A stretch of 64,000 bases of DNA from an uncultured cyanobacterium (GTDB lineage: Bacteria; Cyanobacteriota; Cyanobacteriia; Cyanobacteriales; CAWCAG01). Under the pieces are notes generated by a model that did no database searches, was not told the DNA's origin, and saw only the letters and a list, made by a program, of their open reading frames with translations. This document shows positions 8,480 to 20,459 of this stretch, one piece after another; the first letter of the stretch is position 1, and the number at the start of each line of letters is the position of its first letter. Location: NCBI GenBank assembly GCA_963793425.1, contig CAWCAG010000007.1:64001-128000 (forward strand). The letters run 5' to 3'. The position numbers and the translations under genes are program-made.

Positions 8480-9778
8480 ATGGACTATAAACAAGAGCTT
8501 ATCACCACAATTCATGATTTTGGGTGTAACTTAGAAAGCCTTGAAGCTAGATTGACGCTTTTAAGTGAAACTTCTCCTACAGCAGTGCTAATTCCTGCTT
8601 TGTATGAAGAATTGGAAAGGCCAGCTTTAGGTCAAATCGTTGAACACCTCAAAGATTGCCGGTTTGTCAAAACCGTCATTGTCTGTCTTTATGCAGACAC
8701 AGCCGAACAATATGCCAAAGCAGTTAAATTCTTTGATGTTTTACCTCAACCTAGTTTTGTCATCTGGGAAAACGGTCCTAGAACGACAGAACTTTTAGAA
8801 AAACTGAGGGCTAAAGGGCTAGACTTGTTTGCTTTTAAAGGTAAGGGGCGGGCAGTATGGTTAGGACTAGGAGTAGCTACCTTAGAAGCAGAAGCGATCG
8901 CACTTCATGATGCAGATATCGTCACCTATGACCGTTCCTATCCCCTCAAACTGCTCTTTCCCTTACTGGAAAAGGAATTTGGCATTGCTTTTAACAAAGC
9001 CTACTACGCACGTTTAGGACAGTCTCCTCGTAACTTAAATGGTCGAGTTGTCAGATTGTTTGTTGCACCTTTGTTAACTGCCTTAACAGATTTATTTGGC
9101 TACCAAAATTACCTACGTTACCTGAGTGCTTATCGCTATCCCCTTTCCGGGGAATTTGCCCTCACCAATGATTTAGCCCTAAACACCCGCATTCCCGGTA
9201 ACTGGGGCTTAGAAATTGGTTTCTTGGCAGAGGTTTATCGCAATGTGGCCGAGAAACGTATTTCTCAAATTGATCTGGGTATTTTCGACCACAAACATCA
9301 ATCCTTGGGTAACTCCACCAGCGAAGGGTTACAGAAAATGTGTCGAGATATTCTCCGTTCCGTTTTGCGTACCCTAACGGAAACCGAAAGGGTAGTATTA
9401 ACAATGGATCATCTCCATGCCCTGCGGGTTAAATTCCGCCGAGAGGCACAGGATTATACCCGACAATACTTTGTTGATGCCCGTTTCAACGGTATACTTT
9501 ATGACCGTCACCAGGAAGAAGTTACCACAGAAATCTTCGAGAAGGTGATTATGGAAGCCGGGGAGGAGTATTTCGCCGATCCTATGGGGGCGCAAATTCC
9601 TGATTGGACAAGGGCTTTGGCTGTTATACCTGACTTAAGAGAAGAATTGCGAGAAGCAGCTTTAGCAGATGCGGTCGAAGCGAGGGGCTTACAATTTACT
9701 CCCATCGAAACAGTATCAGATTTGGAATTAACTCCTCCGACTCTCGGTAACGGGCAAATACTAGAAACTCTTAACTAG
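8480..9778 (+). CDS. gpgS: Glucosyl-3-phosphoglycerate synthase
   Basis: MDYKQELITTIHDF start, GKGRAVW, LHDADI, KAYYAR, YPLSGEF and WGLEIG; typical cyanobacterial GpgS. Confidence 0.85.
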   Translation: MDYKQELITTIHDFGCNLESLEARLTLLSETSPTAVLIPALYEELERPALGQIVEHLKDCRFVKTVIVCLYADTAEQYAKAVKFFDVLPQPSFVIWENGPRTTELLEKLRAKGLDLFAFKGKGRAVWLGLGVATLEAEAIALHDADIVTYDRSYPLKLLFPLLEKEFGIAFNKAYYARLGQSPRNLNGRVVRLFVAPLLTALTDLFGYQNYLRYLSAYRYPLSGEFALTNDLALNTRIPGNWGLEIGFLAEVYRNVAEKRISQIDLGIFDHKHQSLGNSTSEGLQKMCRDILRSVLRTLTETERVVLTMDHLHALRVKFRREAQDYTRQYFVDARFNGILYDRHQEEVTTEIFEKVIMEAGEEYFADPMGAQIPDWTRALAVIPDLREELREAALADAVEARGLQFTPIETVSDLELTPPTLGNGQILETLN

Positions 9779-10022
9779 TATTGATTTCGTCTAGGAATTC
9801 CAGGGAATTTGCATCTACCAACACCAATTAACATCAGCGGGAAACCTAATATTAGCCATCATCATCTGAAGTTTTGTCAGCACAGAAGCGGCGATCGCAG
9901 ATATAGATGGTTTAATTTTGTCTGGCTAAAAACGCTACACCTGCTACTATTCTCAAAACCCAAAGCCTGGTAATCTATAAACTTTGGAAAAATAATAACT
10001 TAGCTGACCAAACAAATATTTT

Positions 10023-10916
10023 ATGAGCAGTGAAAGCGAATACATCAGAAAAGCAGAAGCCACTCGTGTTAGGGTATTGAGCGAAGCTTTACCCTACATT
10101 CAACAGTTTGCTGGCCGTACAGTGGTGGTAAAATATGGTGGGGCCGCCATGAAGGATCAAATGCTTAAGGATAAGGTAGTTAGAGATATTGTCTTTTTAT
10201 CCTGCGTTGGTTTGCGCCCTGTGGTTGTTCATGGCGGCGGGCCAGAAATTAATAGCTGGTTAACTAAATTGGGCATTGAACCTCAATTCAAAGATGGTTT
10301 GCGCGTAACCGATGCCCCCACTATGGATGTGGTAGAGATGGTATTAGTGGGTAGAGTGAATAAAGAACTTGTTTCTTTAATTAACCGCGCAGGAGGGGCA
10401 GCGGTTGGTCTATGTGGCAAAGATGGTAACTTGATTAAAGCTAGACCGGAAGGAAGAGAAGGTATTGGTTTTGTCGGAGAAGTTAGTAGTATTGATACCA
10501 AGCTGGTAGAATCATTGGTTAGCAATGGCTATGTGCCAGTTATTTCTAGTGTGGCAGCCGATATTACCGGGCAAGCTTACAATATTAATGCTGATACTGT
10601 GGCTGGAGAATTAGCGGCTGCTTTGGGGGCAGAAAAATTAATTTTACTGACTGATACCCCTGGCATTTTAGAAGACTACAAAGAACCCTCAACTTTGCTT
10701 CCCAAACTTGATATTCAGCAAGCCAGGGAACTTATTGATAAAGGGGTTGTGGCGGGAGGAATGATTCCTAAAGTTAACTGTTGTGTTCGTTCCTTAGCAC
10801 AAGGTGTCCATGCTGCACACATCATTGATGGGCGCATTCCCCATGCCCTGTTGCTAGAAATTTTTACCGATGATGGTATTGGTTCGATGTTAGTGGCTTC
10901 AGGATATTTTGTTTAA
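10023..10916 (+). CDS. argB: Acetylglutamate kinase
   Basis: [33 protein letters not shown] and GGMIPKV. Confidence 0.97.
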   Translation: MSSESEYIRKAEATRVRVLSEALPYIQQFAGRTVVVKYGGAAMKDQMLKDKVVRDIVFLSCVGLRPVVVHGGGPEINSWLTKLGIEPQFKDGLRVTDAPTMDVVEMVLVGRVNKELVSLINRAGGAAVGLCGKDGNLIKARPEGREGIGFVGEVSSIDTKLVESLVSNGYVPVISSVAADITGQAYNINADTVAGELAAALGAEKLILLTDTPGILEDYKEPSTLLPKLDIQQARELIDKGVVAGGMIPKVNCCVRSLAQGVHAAHIIDGRIPHALLLEIFTDDGIGSMLVASGYFV

Positions 10917-10964
10917 CTTTCACTCAAAAAAAAGTCGCCCATTCCCCATTCATCAGTATAAGCC

Positions 10965-11351
10965 TCAACGGCTGAGGCGAATTTGCACTCCGTCAGAACC
11001 TAGATAAATATAAGAACCTTGATTTTGAGAGTGCTGATGCTGATAAACTGGAGGATAGACTATTGTGGGATTAACAATAACAGGTGGATAAACTACTTGA
11101 TTTTGTCCTGGTACGATTATTTGAGGACTGGGAAAATGAATAGTAGAATTTCGTCTCCTTCTGCTTAAAGGATGTGCTGTGGGAGAATTATACACCGGAT
11201 TGGTGTAAATAACTGTTGGTTGTTGAATTGGATAAACTGTGGTTCTTTGTATGACTACAGGTTTAGCATTGGCTGGCAAATCACTACTTAAAATAGCAGT
11301 AACGCCTAGTAGCAGAGGGGCGAAGGCATTTTTGAGGTTTAGTTTCAACAT
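10965..11351 (-). CDS. Secreted Pro/Val-rich hypothetical protein
   Basis: Signal peptide ending PANA, with repeated (V/I)YPPV motifs. Confidence 0.7.
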   Translation of the reverse strand: MLKLNLKNAFAPLLLGVTAILSSDLPANAKPVVIQRTTVYPIQQPTVIYTNPVYNSPTAHPLSRRRRNSTIHFPSPQIIVPGQNQVVYPPVIVNPTIVYPPVYQHQHSQNQGSYIYLGSDGVQIRLSR

Positions 11352-11681
11352 AATTTGATTGGGAGATAGTAAAAATGAGCTAAAAAACTGTGTTGCTGTC
11401 TCTAAAGTTGTTCCTAGTAGCAGGTGCTTTTGAGGTTTAGTTTCAACATGAGTTAACTTCGCAGAGGTTAAGAGGGAACGTAGTTATTAATTTATTCTTG
11501 CTATGAGCGATAGAGGAAAAAATTATTCTCTAAGATGCGATAACTCACTCTATCTTATGATACTGACATTTTAGAACCTAACAGAGTTAGGTGCCTGAGA
11601 AAAAATTCAGCCCCAATTTTCTATTAAAGACGTTGTAAATTAAGAAAAGTTTCATGGTAATTTCAAAATTCTCTAAACAAG

Positions 11682-12206
11682 GTGGAAAATCAAGAAAAAT
11701 TACAAGCTGAGTTACAAGCTGGAAAAAAAGCCCTGGAACGAGGTGAATATCGTCTTAGTATTAAACACTTGGAAACTGCTAGGGAATTAACCCGCTTTGG
11801 TACTCGCTTAGGGGGAGAGGTGGGTATTTGGCTGATGAGTGCCTATCAAGCAGCTAATCAACTTGATCAGGCGATCGCCCTAGGACAAAAATTAGCAAAG
11901 CATCCTTTCCAAGAAGTAGCCCAGCAAAGCAAACGCTTACTTTATATAATACAAGCCCCTCAATTGGTGAGGCCAAGAGAATGGATGAGCGAAATTCCTG
12001 ACTTAACTAATTTAGAAGAAAGTGAACCCAAGGATCGTCGTGGTAGTAGTTTCTCGAAGAAGTCAAGTTCTAAATTGAAAGAATCTAAACCTTTAGATTT
12101 AAGTGAAGTTAATACCCAAGATAATCAATTTGTCTGGCTAGCTTTAGTAACTATAGTTCTTATTTTTGGAGGACTATGGCTTTTGCCATTGATCATTAAA
12201 CATTAA
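11682..12206 (+). CDS. TPR-like conserved cyanobacterial protein with C-terminal TM helix
   Basis: GKKALERGEY, WLMSAYQA, APQLVRPREW and a C-terminal hydrophobic anchor. GTG start. Confidence 0.7.
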   Translation: MENQEKLQAELQAGKKALERGEYRLSIKHLETARELTRFGTRLGGEVGIWLMSAYQAANQLDQAIALGQKLAKHPFQEVAQQSKRLLYIIQAPQLVRPREWMSEIPDLTNLEESEPKDRRGSSFSKKSSSKLKESKPLDLSEVNTQDNQFVWLALVTIVLIFGGLWLLPLIIKH

Positions 12207-12226
12207 ACATTTTTAGCGACTAGCAA

Positions 12227-13516
12227 CTAGCAACTAGCAATCATCACAGTAAAGGTTGTGCCAAGGTTAGGATCACTCTCAAAAGTAATTGTGCCGCCAT
12301 GTAAGTCCACAGCTTTTTTAACAATAGTTAATCCTAAACCTGTACCATGTACTGTATCAGTGTTGCTAGCCCGATAAAAAGGTTCAAAAAGGTGTTTTTG
12401 GTCTGAGAAAGGAATTCCCATTCCTCTATCTTTAACCCGAAAAACTAGCTGTTTTTCTTGACATTCCAAAACTAAATCAACTTGACTAGTTGGTGGTGAA
12501 TACTTCAAGGCATTAGAAAGTAAATTATCGAGAACGTGGTGGAGTATTTTTTGATCTAGTAAAGGCCAATTACTGTCATTTTCGGTATAAATTCCTTGAT
12601 GGGTAAAAATAATACTGGATTGATCATCACTATCATCTTGGAAGTTGGCAACTACATCTTGACAAAAATCTACTACATTAGTAGGGGTAGGATTAAACTT
12701 TAAACCCTCTGCTTCATCTTGACCAATCAGCAAGATATCATCCAACATTTGGGTCATATGTTTGACATTATTTCTAATGCGGCTGAAATGATTTTTTCTT
12801 TTCTCTAAGCTGAGGCGATCGCTATAACATTGGAGCAATTCCATTGAGCCGAGAATTGTGGTGAGAGGAGTACGAAACTGATGGGAAGTCATGGCAATAA
12901 AGTGGGATTTAAGTTGATTAAGTTCCCGTTCTTTATCTAATGCTTCAATGAGTTCTTGTTCTGCTTGTTGACGACGGCTAATTTCTGATTGGAGTTGCTC
13001 GTTTTGTCCTTGGATGCAGCGTTGCATCTTTTGCAGTTTAAGGTGGGTGCGGATACGGACTAAAACTTCTTCTTGTTCAATGGGTTTAGTAAGATAATCA
13101 ATTCCTCCTACTTCAAAACCTTTAACTTTATTAATAGTTTCGGTGAGGGCTGTCATAAAAATAACAGGTATATGTTTTGTCTGAGCATTAGCTTTGATCT
13201 GTCTACATACAGCAAAGCCATCAAGATCAGGCATGAGGATATCTAATAATATTAAATCGGGAATTTCTGAAGTTGCTATTTGCAGCGCATCTTCTCCATT
13301 TTGTGCCACTAAAACTTTGAAGCCAGTACTTTCTAAGCAAGCAAATAAAACCTGTAAATTACTAGGGGTATCATCAACAATTAAGATAACACCGGAATTG
13401 GCTTCTTCAACTTTATACACACCTACACCTATCTCTGGAAAGGTCTTTTGATAAGTTAATTGTTCCCAAACTGCGTCCATACAATCAAAGTCCTTCTTAG
13501 GTAAACTTAAGGGCAA
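12227..13516 (-). CDS. Hybrid response regulator-histidine kinase (REC-HisKA-HATPase); start uncertain
   Basis: ILIVDD/DLILLDILMP/KP receiver, SHQFRTPLT H-box, NLLSNALKY, DRGMGI and GTGLGL. Confidence 0.9.
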   Translation of the reverse strand: MPLSLPKKDFDCMDAVWEQLTYQKTFPEIGVGVYKVEEANSGVILIVDDTPSNLQVLFACLESTGFKVLVAQNGEDALQIATSEIPDLILLDILMPDLDGFAVCRQIKANAQTKHIPVIFMTALTETINKVKGFEVGGIDYLTKPIEQEEVLVRIRTHLKLQKMQRCIQGQNEQLQSEISRRQQAEQELIEALDKERELNQLKSHFIAMTSHQFRTPLTTILGSMELLQCYSDRLSLEKRKNHFSRIRNNVKHMTQMLDDILLIGQDEAEGLKFNPTPTNVVDFCQDVVANFQDDSDDQSSIIFTHQGIYTENDSNWPLLDQKILHHVLDNLLSNALKYSPPTSQVDLVLECQEKQLVFRVKDRGMGIPFSDQKHLFEPFYRASNTDTVHGTGLGLTIVKKAVDLHGGTITFESDPNLGTTFTVMIASC

Positions 13517-13641
13517 GGGGCGCTCTTCACCCCTCCATCTGGTCTATGTGTTTATAATTGTGCTGCTTTCAGGTGTACGCTAATGTTTGCATTAATGTAT
13601 ATGATGTATATTTTTCTTTAAAAAACTTTACTAATTTGCTT

Positions 13642-16600
13642 TTATAAGGCTTTACACTTATGCAAAAACTGTTGTAATTGCTGAATTTGAAAACCTTGGG
13701 CTAGTTGGCGAATTTCTTGAGAGAAGGGAATAAATTTCTCATCTTGTTTTTCTAACTGAGTGGCTTGTTCTAAGATGCCTCTAATGTCGCCTCTTTTCGC
13801 TAAACTAAATAACAAAGTTGTTACTTCTTCATTGGGGCAAATGAGCGGCGGAGCTTTGTCTGGAGATTTTTCGGAAGGGGAACTTATAATAGCACTTTTA
13901 CTATAGCTCCATTCTAACTCTAAATGAGTTTGAATTAACTCTAAAAGTTGGTCGAAATTAACAGGTTTGGGCAGAAAAGCATGGCAACCCGCCTGATAGC
14001 TAGAAGATTCATCTTTAGGAAGGGCGCTAGCAGAAATAGCAAAGACTATTTTATCTTTCAAGTTTGGTTCTTGTTGCAATCTTCTGGCAACCTCAAAGCC
14101 ATCTAAAACTGGCATTACCAAATCTAATAAAATTAAATCTGGCTGAAATTCTTTGGCTTTGCTTAAAGCTTCTGCACCATTACTTGCTTCCAAAATTTCA
14201 AAACCCAAAGGACTTAGTAAGTTAACCAAAACTGCACGATTATTAACCTGGTCATCTGCTATTAAGATTTTACGTCTTTTGCCCTCATATCCTTGCATTT
14301 TGTGGGCTGTGGGGGGCAAAGATTCTTCGCCTCTACGATGATTAGTTGTAGCTTCAGGAATCTCTAAATCGAACCAAAAGCTACTGCCTTTTTCTAAGGT
14401 GCTGTTTACTTGAATTTCACTACCCATTTGTCCAGCAATATTTTGACTAATAGTCAAGCCTAATCCTGTACCTTTATTGGGGATATGGCTATCTATTATT
14501 TGCTGGAAAGGTAAAAATATTTCTGCTAATTTCTCTGAGGGAATACCAGGGCCTGTATCTTCAACATAAAATCTGATGATGCTAGATGAATTAGTAGTTT
14601 TCGTATCTGATTCAAAACTAGCTAAATAACCAACCTTGAAAACCACCCCTCCTGTTACGGTGAACTTAACTGCATTACCGAGTAAATTAAGGAGAATTTG
14701 CCGCAGGCGAGTTTCATCGGTTTTTATAATAGTTGGTAATTCAGAAATAGCTTGATAATTAAAAGCAATACTTTTTTCTTCTGCACGAACACGAACTAAA
14801 GCAATAAGGTTATCGAGGAAAGAGGGAAAATGAAACTCACTCTTTTGTATTTCCAATTTCCCTGCTTCGATTTTGGCAATGTAAAGAATATCTTCAATTA
14901 AAGTTAGTAAATGGCTGCCGGATTTGTGAATAATATCAACACCATTAAATTGCTTTGGAGTTAAAGCGGAATCTCGTTTAAGAATTTGAGCGAACCCTAA
15001 AATACCATTTAAAGGAGTCCGTAATTCATGGCTCATATGGGCAATAAAAGCACTTTTCGCCCGATCAGCAGCCTCCGCTTTGTCTTTGGCTATTTCAAGT
15101 TCTGCTGTACGCTTGCCCACCCTTAGCTCTAACTCTACATTAGCTTGGCGCAAAGCTTCTTTGGCTTGTTTCATTTCCGTGATAACTTCGGTAAACATAA
15201 TCAAACCCCCAATTTCTCCTTCTTGGGTGAACCAAGGGCGAAGTTCATAGCGCAGCCAATCTATATTCCCGTTATCACGAATAAAGCTATCTTCTGCTGA
15301 TTTTACCGTTATTCCGGCGAGAACTTTGCGGTGATCTTCTTTCCAGCGTTCAGGAATTTCGGGAAAAACATCGTAGTGAGAGCGACCAATGATGTCTTTT
15401 TGAGATAGATGATAATCTGTAAGCCAACGACGACTAGTAGCTAGGTAACGCATTTGTGAATCAAACATGGCGATCGCACTAGGAACGTGTTGGATAAATA
15501 AAGATAATTTTTCTTGACTTTCATACAAAGCTGTAGTTCGTTTTTGCACTCGCAACTCAAGATTTTCTTTGGCTTGGCGTAGTTGTTCTTGAATTTGCCT
15601 ACGTTCATCGATATCTTCTATTACGGAAATAAAGTATTTTGCCTTTCCTGTCTTAGTTTTGACTAGAGATACAGTCAAGCAAATCCACACCTCCGCACTA
15701 TTTTTATGGATGTAGCGTTTGTCCATGGAGTAATTGTTAATTTCTCCCGCCAACATTTGTTTCACATAACCCAAATCAGCATCTAAATCATCGGGGTGAG
15801 TAATATCCTGGAAAGTTAGTTGGATTAGTTCTTCTGGGGTATAGCCAATAATGTCGCAAATCCTGTGATTCACTTTCAACCATTTTCCTTCTAGGGAAAC
15901 ATGGGCTATACCCACAGCAGCTTGTTCAAAGGTTGCCCGGAAACGCTCTTCACTTTCTTGTAAATCTGCCGTCCGTTCTTCTACTCGCCTTTCTAAACTC
16001 TCATTTGCCCGAAGTAAATCTTCTTCTGCTTGTTTCAGGGCTTCTTCTGCTTTTTTGATATCATCAATATCAATAAAAGTTAGTACCACCCCATCACTAA
16101 AGCCTTCATTTTGGCGATAGGGATGGATGCGTAGTAAAAGATTCATATCTGTTTCTACTAACTTAACTTCCTTCGCCAAAGGCTCTTCAGTTTCAACAAC
16201 TTCTTGCAACATTGCTAGTAAATTATTGCAGTCCATATTATGGGAAAGGTGTTTGAGAGGACGACCAATATCGGCTTCGACTAGATTAATTATTTCTGTA
16301 GCGGCGGGAGTAAACTTGCGAATTTGCAACTTCTTATCTAAAAATACCACCCCAATATCTGTAGAACGAAGTAAATTATCTACATCGTCATTGAGTTGAG
16401 TTAATTCTTGAATTTTTGATTGATACTCACTATTAACGCTATATAACTCTTCATTAACTGAATGTAATTCTTCATTAGTACTTTGCAACTCTTCATTAGA
16501 AGCAATTAACTCTTCATTGGTAGCTTGTTGTTCTTCGTTAGTTGTTTCTAATTCTTCAATAACCGCTTGTAAATTTTCTCTGGTATGTTGTAATTCTTCT

Positions 16601-18585
16601 TCCAACTCAGAAATACGCTGAACCGTTACCGTATCAGCTTCAAAGCTTTCTCCAGTAACTTTAGGGGCAGGAGATTGATTATCTTCAGTAATCGTCACCA
16701 TCAAGAAATCCCCAGCTAGTTTGTTAGTTTTACTACGGCTAACTTTCAAATTAACTCTACGGCTATCCTCTGCTTGATCCAGCTTAATACCTGTATAAAG
16801 AATTGGTTTTTTCTCTTTCTTAGCTCGGTGGAGTGCCGTATTCAAGGGCAATTGCAATTCAGAAACTACTAGCTTATTAACATCTCTAGAAAGTTCCCCC
16901 GTCGGTAGTTTTAAAATATTGGCCAAATCTTCAAACAAATACAAAACCTGATTATTACTGTTAACCAATAAACAAGTAGTTTTCTGTTGCCCTAAAACTA
17001 AATTTAAAGCAGCTTCTAGTATAGGCTCTCTTCTACTGGTACTGACCTTCTTTTCCCTAGGAGGACTTGCCATATTAGTACCGAGTTTCTCAACTCCCCT
17101 CAAAGGCAAATTCAACCTCACATCCCGTTTCTTTTGATAAAGTTTCCAGGTTTTGTGCAAAGTCACAAATTCATCATTAAAATCCCCTAACGTCTCCGAT
17201 TCTCCTAAAAAAAGAGTTCCTTTAACAGTTAAAGCGAAGTGAAGATTACGCAAAACCTGTTGCTGTAACTGGGGCTGCATATAAATCAGGACATTGCGAC
17301 AACTAATAAGGTGAATGCGAGTAAAGCCAGCATCTTTGGTTAAATCGTGAGGAGCAAAAATCAACATCTCCCGTAGTTTCCGACTCACTTGGAAGCCAAC
17401 TTCAGTGGCAGTAAAATATTTTGCCAAGCGCTCTTGGTTAATTTCATTAGCGATGTTTTCTGGATAAACTCCTTGAGCAGCTTTCTCTAAAGCCAGACGG
17501 TTAATATCCGTAGCAAAAATTTTGACCTTAACTCGCTTATTAAATTTAGCAATAGCCTCATCTACCAAAATGGCCAAAGAATAAGCTTCTTCCCCTGTAG
17601 AACAAGCTGTAATCCAAAATCTCAACTCCTGCCCAGACTCCGCTTGCTTTAATAGGTTGTGAATAACATTTTTTTCTAAAAAGTTCCAGGCTGGGCGATC
17701 ACGGAAAAAATTAGTCACACCAATCAACAAGTCACCCCGGAGAATTTCCCGTTCCTCAGCGGATATTTCCAGAAGCTCGATATACTCTTCTATACTGGTA
17801 CAACCTGTAATCAAACAACGGCGATGAATGCGCCGACTTAAGGTATTGCTTTTATAGTGAGAGAAATCTACTTGTTTGTAGCGTGCTAGCAGGCTAGTAA
17901 TATTTTGTAATTCGGGGGAATTAGAAGAAAGTGCCTGCTGCTGAGATAGTTCTTGGGAATCTTGAGGGGATTGCAAAAACTGATAGATCGTTTCTGCTAA
18001 ATCTCGCGGCGAGAGAATGCGATTAATCACTCCTGTGGCGATCGCACTACGGGGCATACCATCAAATTCGGCCGTACTTGGTTCTTGTACCAGGGTAATA
18101 CCCCCGGCTTCATGAATGTCTCGCAAACCTTGAGTGCCATCGCTACCAGTTCCAGAAAGAACTACCCCAATCGCTCTTTCTTGATAATTTTTCCCTAGGG
18201 ATTTAAAAAACAGATCAATAGGAAAATTAGGGCGATGATGAATTCTATCTTCTCGTTTTTGCAGACGTAACTTCTCTTCTTCAATAACCAGATTGTTGCC
18301 CGGAGGAATTAAATAAATAGAGTTAGGCTCCAGTTTCATCCCATCCTTAACCTTATGGATATTCATCTCAGTACGCCGCCCCAAAAGTTCTTTCATCAAA
18401 CTCTTGAAGTCTGGGGAGAGGTGTTGAATAGTAATAAAAGCCGCCCCGCTATCTGTGGGCATATTTTCAAAAAACTCTTCTAAGGCACGAAGCCCCCCAG
18501 CAGAAGCACCAACCCCAACCACAAAGAATTTATTACTATCCTGTGAAGACTCAGCTAAAGAATGATCAGACTTGGATTTAGACAT
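13642..18585 (-). CDS. CheB-CheR fusion hybrid histidine kinase (CheB-CheR-coiled coil-PAS x3-HisKA-HATPase-REC)
   Basis: Che[17 protein letters not shown]; Che[17 protein letters not shown] and CRNVLIY; PAS/PAC motifs (ITHPDD, DKRYI); [19 protein letters not shown] and a C-terminal REC. Confidence 0.92.
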   Translation of the reverse strand: MSKSKSDHSLAESSQDSNKFFVVGVGASAGGLRALEEFFENMPTDSGAAFITIQHLSPDFKSLMKELLGRRTEMNIHKVKDGMKLEPNSIYLIPPGNNLVIEEEKLRLQKREDRIHHRPNFPIDLFFKSLGKNYQERAIGVVLSGTGSDGTQGLRDIHEAGGITLVQEPSTAEFDGMPRSAIATGVINRILSPRDLAETIYQFLQSPQDSQELSQQQALSSNSPELQNITSLLARYKQVDFSHYKSNTLSRRIHRRCLITGCTSIEEYIELLEISAEEREILRGDLLIGVTNFFRDRPAWNFLEKNVIHNLLKQAESGQELRFWITACSTGEEAYSLAILVDEAIAKFNKRVKVKIFATDINRLALEKAAQGVYPENIANEINQERLAKYFTATEVGFQVSRKLREMLIFAPHDLTKDAGFTRIHLISCRNVLIYMQPQLQQQVLRNLHFALTVKGTLFLGESETLGDFNDEFVTLHKTWKLYQKKRDVRLNLPLRGVEKLGTNMASPPREKKVSTSRREPILEAALNLVLGQQKTTCLLVNSNNQVLYLFEDLANILKLPTGELSRDVNKLVVSELQLPLNTALHRAKKEKKPILYTGIKLDQAEDSRRVNLKVSRSKTNKLAGDFLMVTITEDNQSPAPKVTGESFEADTVTVQRISELEEELQHTRENLQAVIEELETTNEEQQATNEELIASNEELQSTNEELHSVNEELYSVNSEYQSKIQELTQLNDDVDNLLRSTDIGVVFLDKKLQIRKFTPAATEIINLVEADIGRPLKHLSHNMDCNNLLAMLQEVVETEEPLAKEVKLVETDMNLLLRIHPYRQNEGFSDGVVLTFIDIDDIKKAEEALKQAEEDLLRANESLERRVEERTADLQESEERFRATFEQAAVGIAHVSLEGKWLKVNHRICDIIGYTPEELIQLTFQDITHPDDLDADLGYVKQMLAGEINNYSMDKRYIHKNSAEVWICLTVSLVKTKTGKAKYFISVIEDIDERRQIQEQLRQAKENLELRVQKRTTALYESQEKLSLFIQHVPSAIAMFDSQMRYLATSRRWLTDYHLSQKDIIGRSHYDVFPEIPERWKEDHRKVLAGITVKSAEDSFIRDNGNIDWLRYELRPWFTQEGEIGGLIMFTEVITEMKQAKEALRQANVELELRVGKRTAELEIAKDKAEAADRAKSAFIAHMSHELRTPLNGILGFAQILKRDSALTPKQFNGVDIIHKSGSHLLTLIEDILYIAKIEAGKLEIQKSEFHFPSFLDNLIALVRVRAEEKSIAFNYQAISELPTIIKTDETRLRQILLNLLGNAVKFTVTGGVVFKVGYLASFESDTKTTNSSSIIRFYVEDTGPGIPSEKLAEIFLPFQQIIDSHIPNKGTGLGLTISQNIAGQMGSEIQVNSTLEKGSSFWFDLEIPEATTNHRRGEESLPPTAHKMQGYEGKRRKILIADDQVNNRAVLVNLLSPLGFEILEASNGAEALSKAKEFQPDLILLDLVMPVLDGFEVARRLQQEPNLKDKIVFAISASALPKDESSSYQAGCHAFLPKPVNFDQLLELIQTHLELEWSYSKSAIISSPSEKSPDKAPPLICPNEEVTTLLFSLAKRGDIRGILEQATQLEKQDEKFIPFSQEIRQLAQGFQIQQLQQFLHKCKAL

Positions 18586-18706
18586 AGGGGCGACTTAATG
18601 TGCTACACATTCCCATTTTGCAACAAAGTTCCAGGACAAGTTAGAGGGGATGATAATGTAATATTACCCATTAGTCATTAGCAATCAGCCATTAGCTACT
18701 CACTTA

Positions 18707-20326
18707 ATGAACCTAATTTATTTCCTGTTTAAATCTTCCTGGCAATTAGTTGGAATCGCAGTTTTGATGGGGTTTATTAGTGGAGGCAGTAGTGCAGGTT
18801 TAATTGCTTTAATTAGTAAAACTGTTGGGGATGGAGTTGAGGGCGCACCAGCTATTATTGCTTGGGGTTTTGCCGGGTTAGCGATGGTGGCTTTGCTAAC
18901 GAGCATTATCACGCGAGTAGTATTGATTCGTCTTTCTCAAGAGTCGATTTTCCAACTACAAATGCGCTTAAGTAAACAAATTTTAGCTACGGAATTAACT
19001 CATTTAGAAAAGTTAGGTTCCCCTCGGCTTTTAGCAACCTTAACTGAAGATATTCAAACCATTGCTAATGCGGTTTATGTTTTACCTTTTTTGTTTATCA
19101 ACCTGTCAGTAGTTGCAGGCTGTTTAATTTATATTACCTGGCTTTCTTGGCAAGTGTTATTCCTGGTTATGGCTTTGTCTTTCATTGCTTTAGCTAGTTG
19201 TCGCTTACTCTTAACGAAAGGAAGACACTTACTCACCCTCGCCCGTAACCAACAGGACTTACTCTTCAAACACTTTCGTACCATCACTGAAGGAACAAAA
19301 GAACTCAAACTTCACTATCAACGTCGCCAAGACTTTTTAAAAGAGGATTTACAAGCCACTGCCCATCAATTTAAACAATATAACATCACGGGACTAACTC
19401 TCTTTGCTACTACCGATAGTTGGGGAAAACTAATCCTTTTTTTTGCCATTGGCTTAGTGTTATTTATTTTACCCAATTTTCTAACTATTTCCTCCCAAAC
19501 TCTATCGGGTTATGTCTTAACTTTTACCTATTTGAGTGGGCCAATGGAAAATATTATTAACAAGCTGCCTTCACTTACTAAAGCTAACATTGCTCTCCAA
19601 AAAATCACGATGTTAGATTTATCCCTAACAAATCGAGCAGAAATTGCCCCTCAGCCACCGAAGTTTAAGCTCAAGTGGCAAAACTTACAACTTAAGGAAG
19701 TAGTTCATACTTACTTTAACCAACAAGAAGACATGAATTTCACCCTCGGCCCTTTAGATTTAGAATTACAACCAGGAGAAATAGTCTTTATTGTCGGCGG
19801 TAACGGTAGCGGCAAATCTACCCTAGCCAAGTTAATTACAGGGCTTTATTTTCCCCAGGCAGGAAGTATTTATTTAGATCAACAATTAATCCAACTAGAT
19901 AACCGAGAGTGGTATCGCCAACACTTTGCAGTTGTTTTTTCCGACTTTTATTTATTTGAAAGACTTTTAGGTTTCTCTCAACCAAACTTAGATAGGCAAG
20001 CACAAAACTATCTCAAAAAACTTCAACTAGAATCAAAAGTCAAAGTTAAGAAAGGTCAACTATCTACTACTACTCTTTCCCAAGGTCAAAGAAAGCGACT
20101 AGCTTTACTCACAGCTTATTTAGAAGATAGACCAATTTATCTTTTTGATGAGTGGGCAGCAGATCAAGACCCCACTTTTAAACAAGTTTTTTACACTCAG
20201 TTTTTACCTCAATTAAAAGAACAAGGTAAAACAATCTTAGTAATTAGCCACGATGATAGCTATTTTGAGGTTGCAGATCGCATTATTAAATTAGACTACG
20301 GTAAGGTGATTCAGAAGAACTTGTAG
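18707..20326 (+). CDS. Cyclic peptide export ABC transporter (SyrD/PvdE/YojI family)
   Basis: Six-TM domain, Walker A GGNGSGKST, VFSDFYLF, LSQGQRKRLAL and the diagnostic FDEWAADQDP. Confidence 0.92.
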   Translation: MNLIYFLFKSSWQLVGIAVLMGFISGGSSAGLIALISKTVGDGVEGAPAIIAWGFAGLAMVALLTSIITRVVLIRLSQESIFQLQMRLSKQILATELTHLEKLGSPRLLATLTEDIQTIANAVYVLPFLFINLSVVAGCLIYITWLSWQVLFLVMALSFIALASCRLLLTKGRHLLTLARNQQDLLFKHFRTITEGTKELKLHYQRRQDFLKEDLQATAHQFKQYNITGLTLFATTDSWGKLILFFAIGLVLFILPNFLTISSQTLSGYVLTFTYLSGPMENIINKLPSLTKANIALQKITMLDLSLTNRAEIAPQPPKFKLKWQNLQLKEVVHTYFNQQEDMNFTLGPLDLELQPGEIVFIVGGNGSGKSTLAKLITGLYFPQAGSIYLDQQLIQLDNREWYRQHFAVVFSDFYLFERLLGFSQPNLDRQAQNYLKKLQLESKVKVKKGQLSTTTLSQGQRKRLALLTAYLEDRPIYLFDEWAADQDPTFKQVFYTQFLPQLKEQGKTILVISHDDSYFEVADRIIKLDYGKVIQKNL

Positions 20327-20459
20327 AGGTAGATTCTCGTTAATCTAGCTCGTTAATCTAAAATACTAATAACCCGCCCTTAACTCAAAAAGAGAAAATG
20401 CTAAAGTAGTCTAGTGTGCAAAGAGATAAGATTGTTTTCTGTTCACTATGCTTATAAAT

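Noticed and set aside
9810..9819. GGTAGATGCA on the minus strand after gpgS as a second NsiR1 copy or target
   Set aside because: Only 10 nt match, there is no TCCGGA at -35 and no terminator T-tract. It could be chance.
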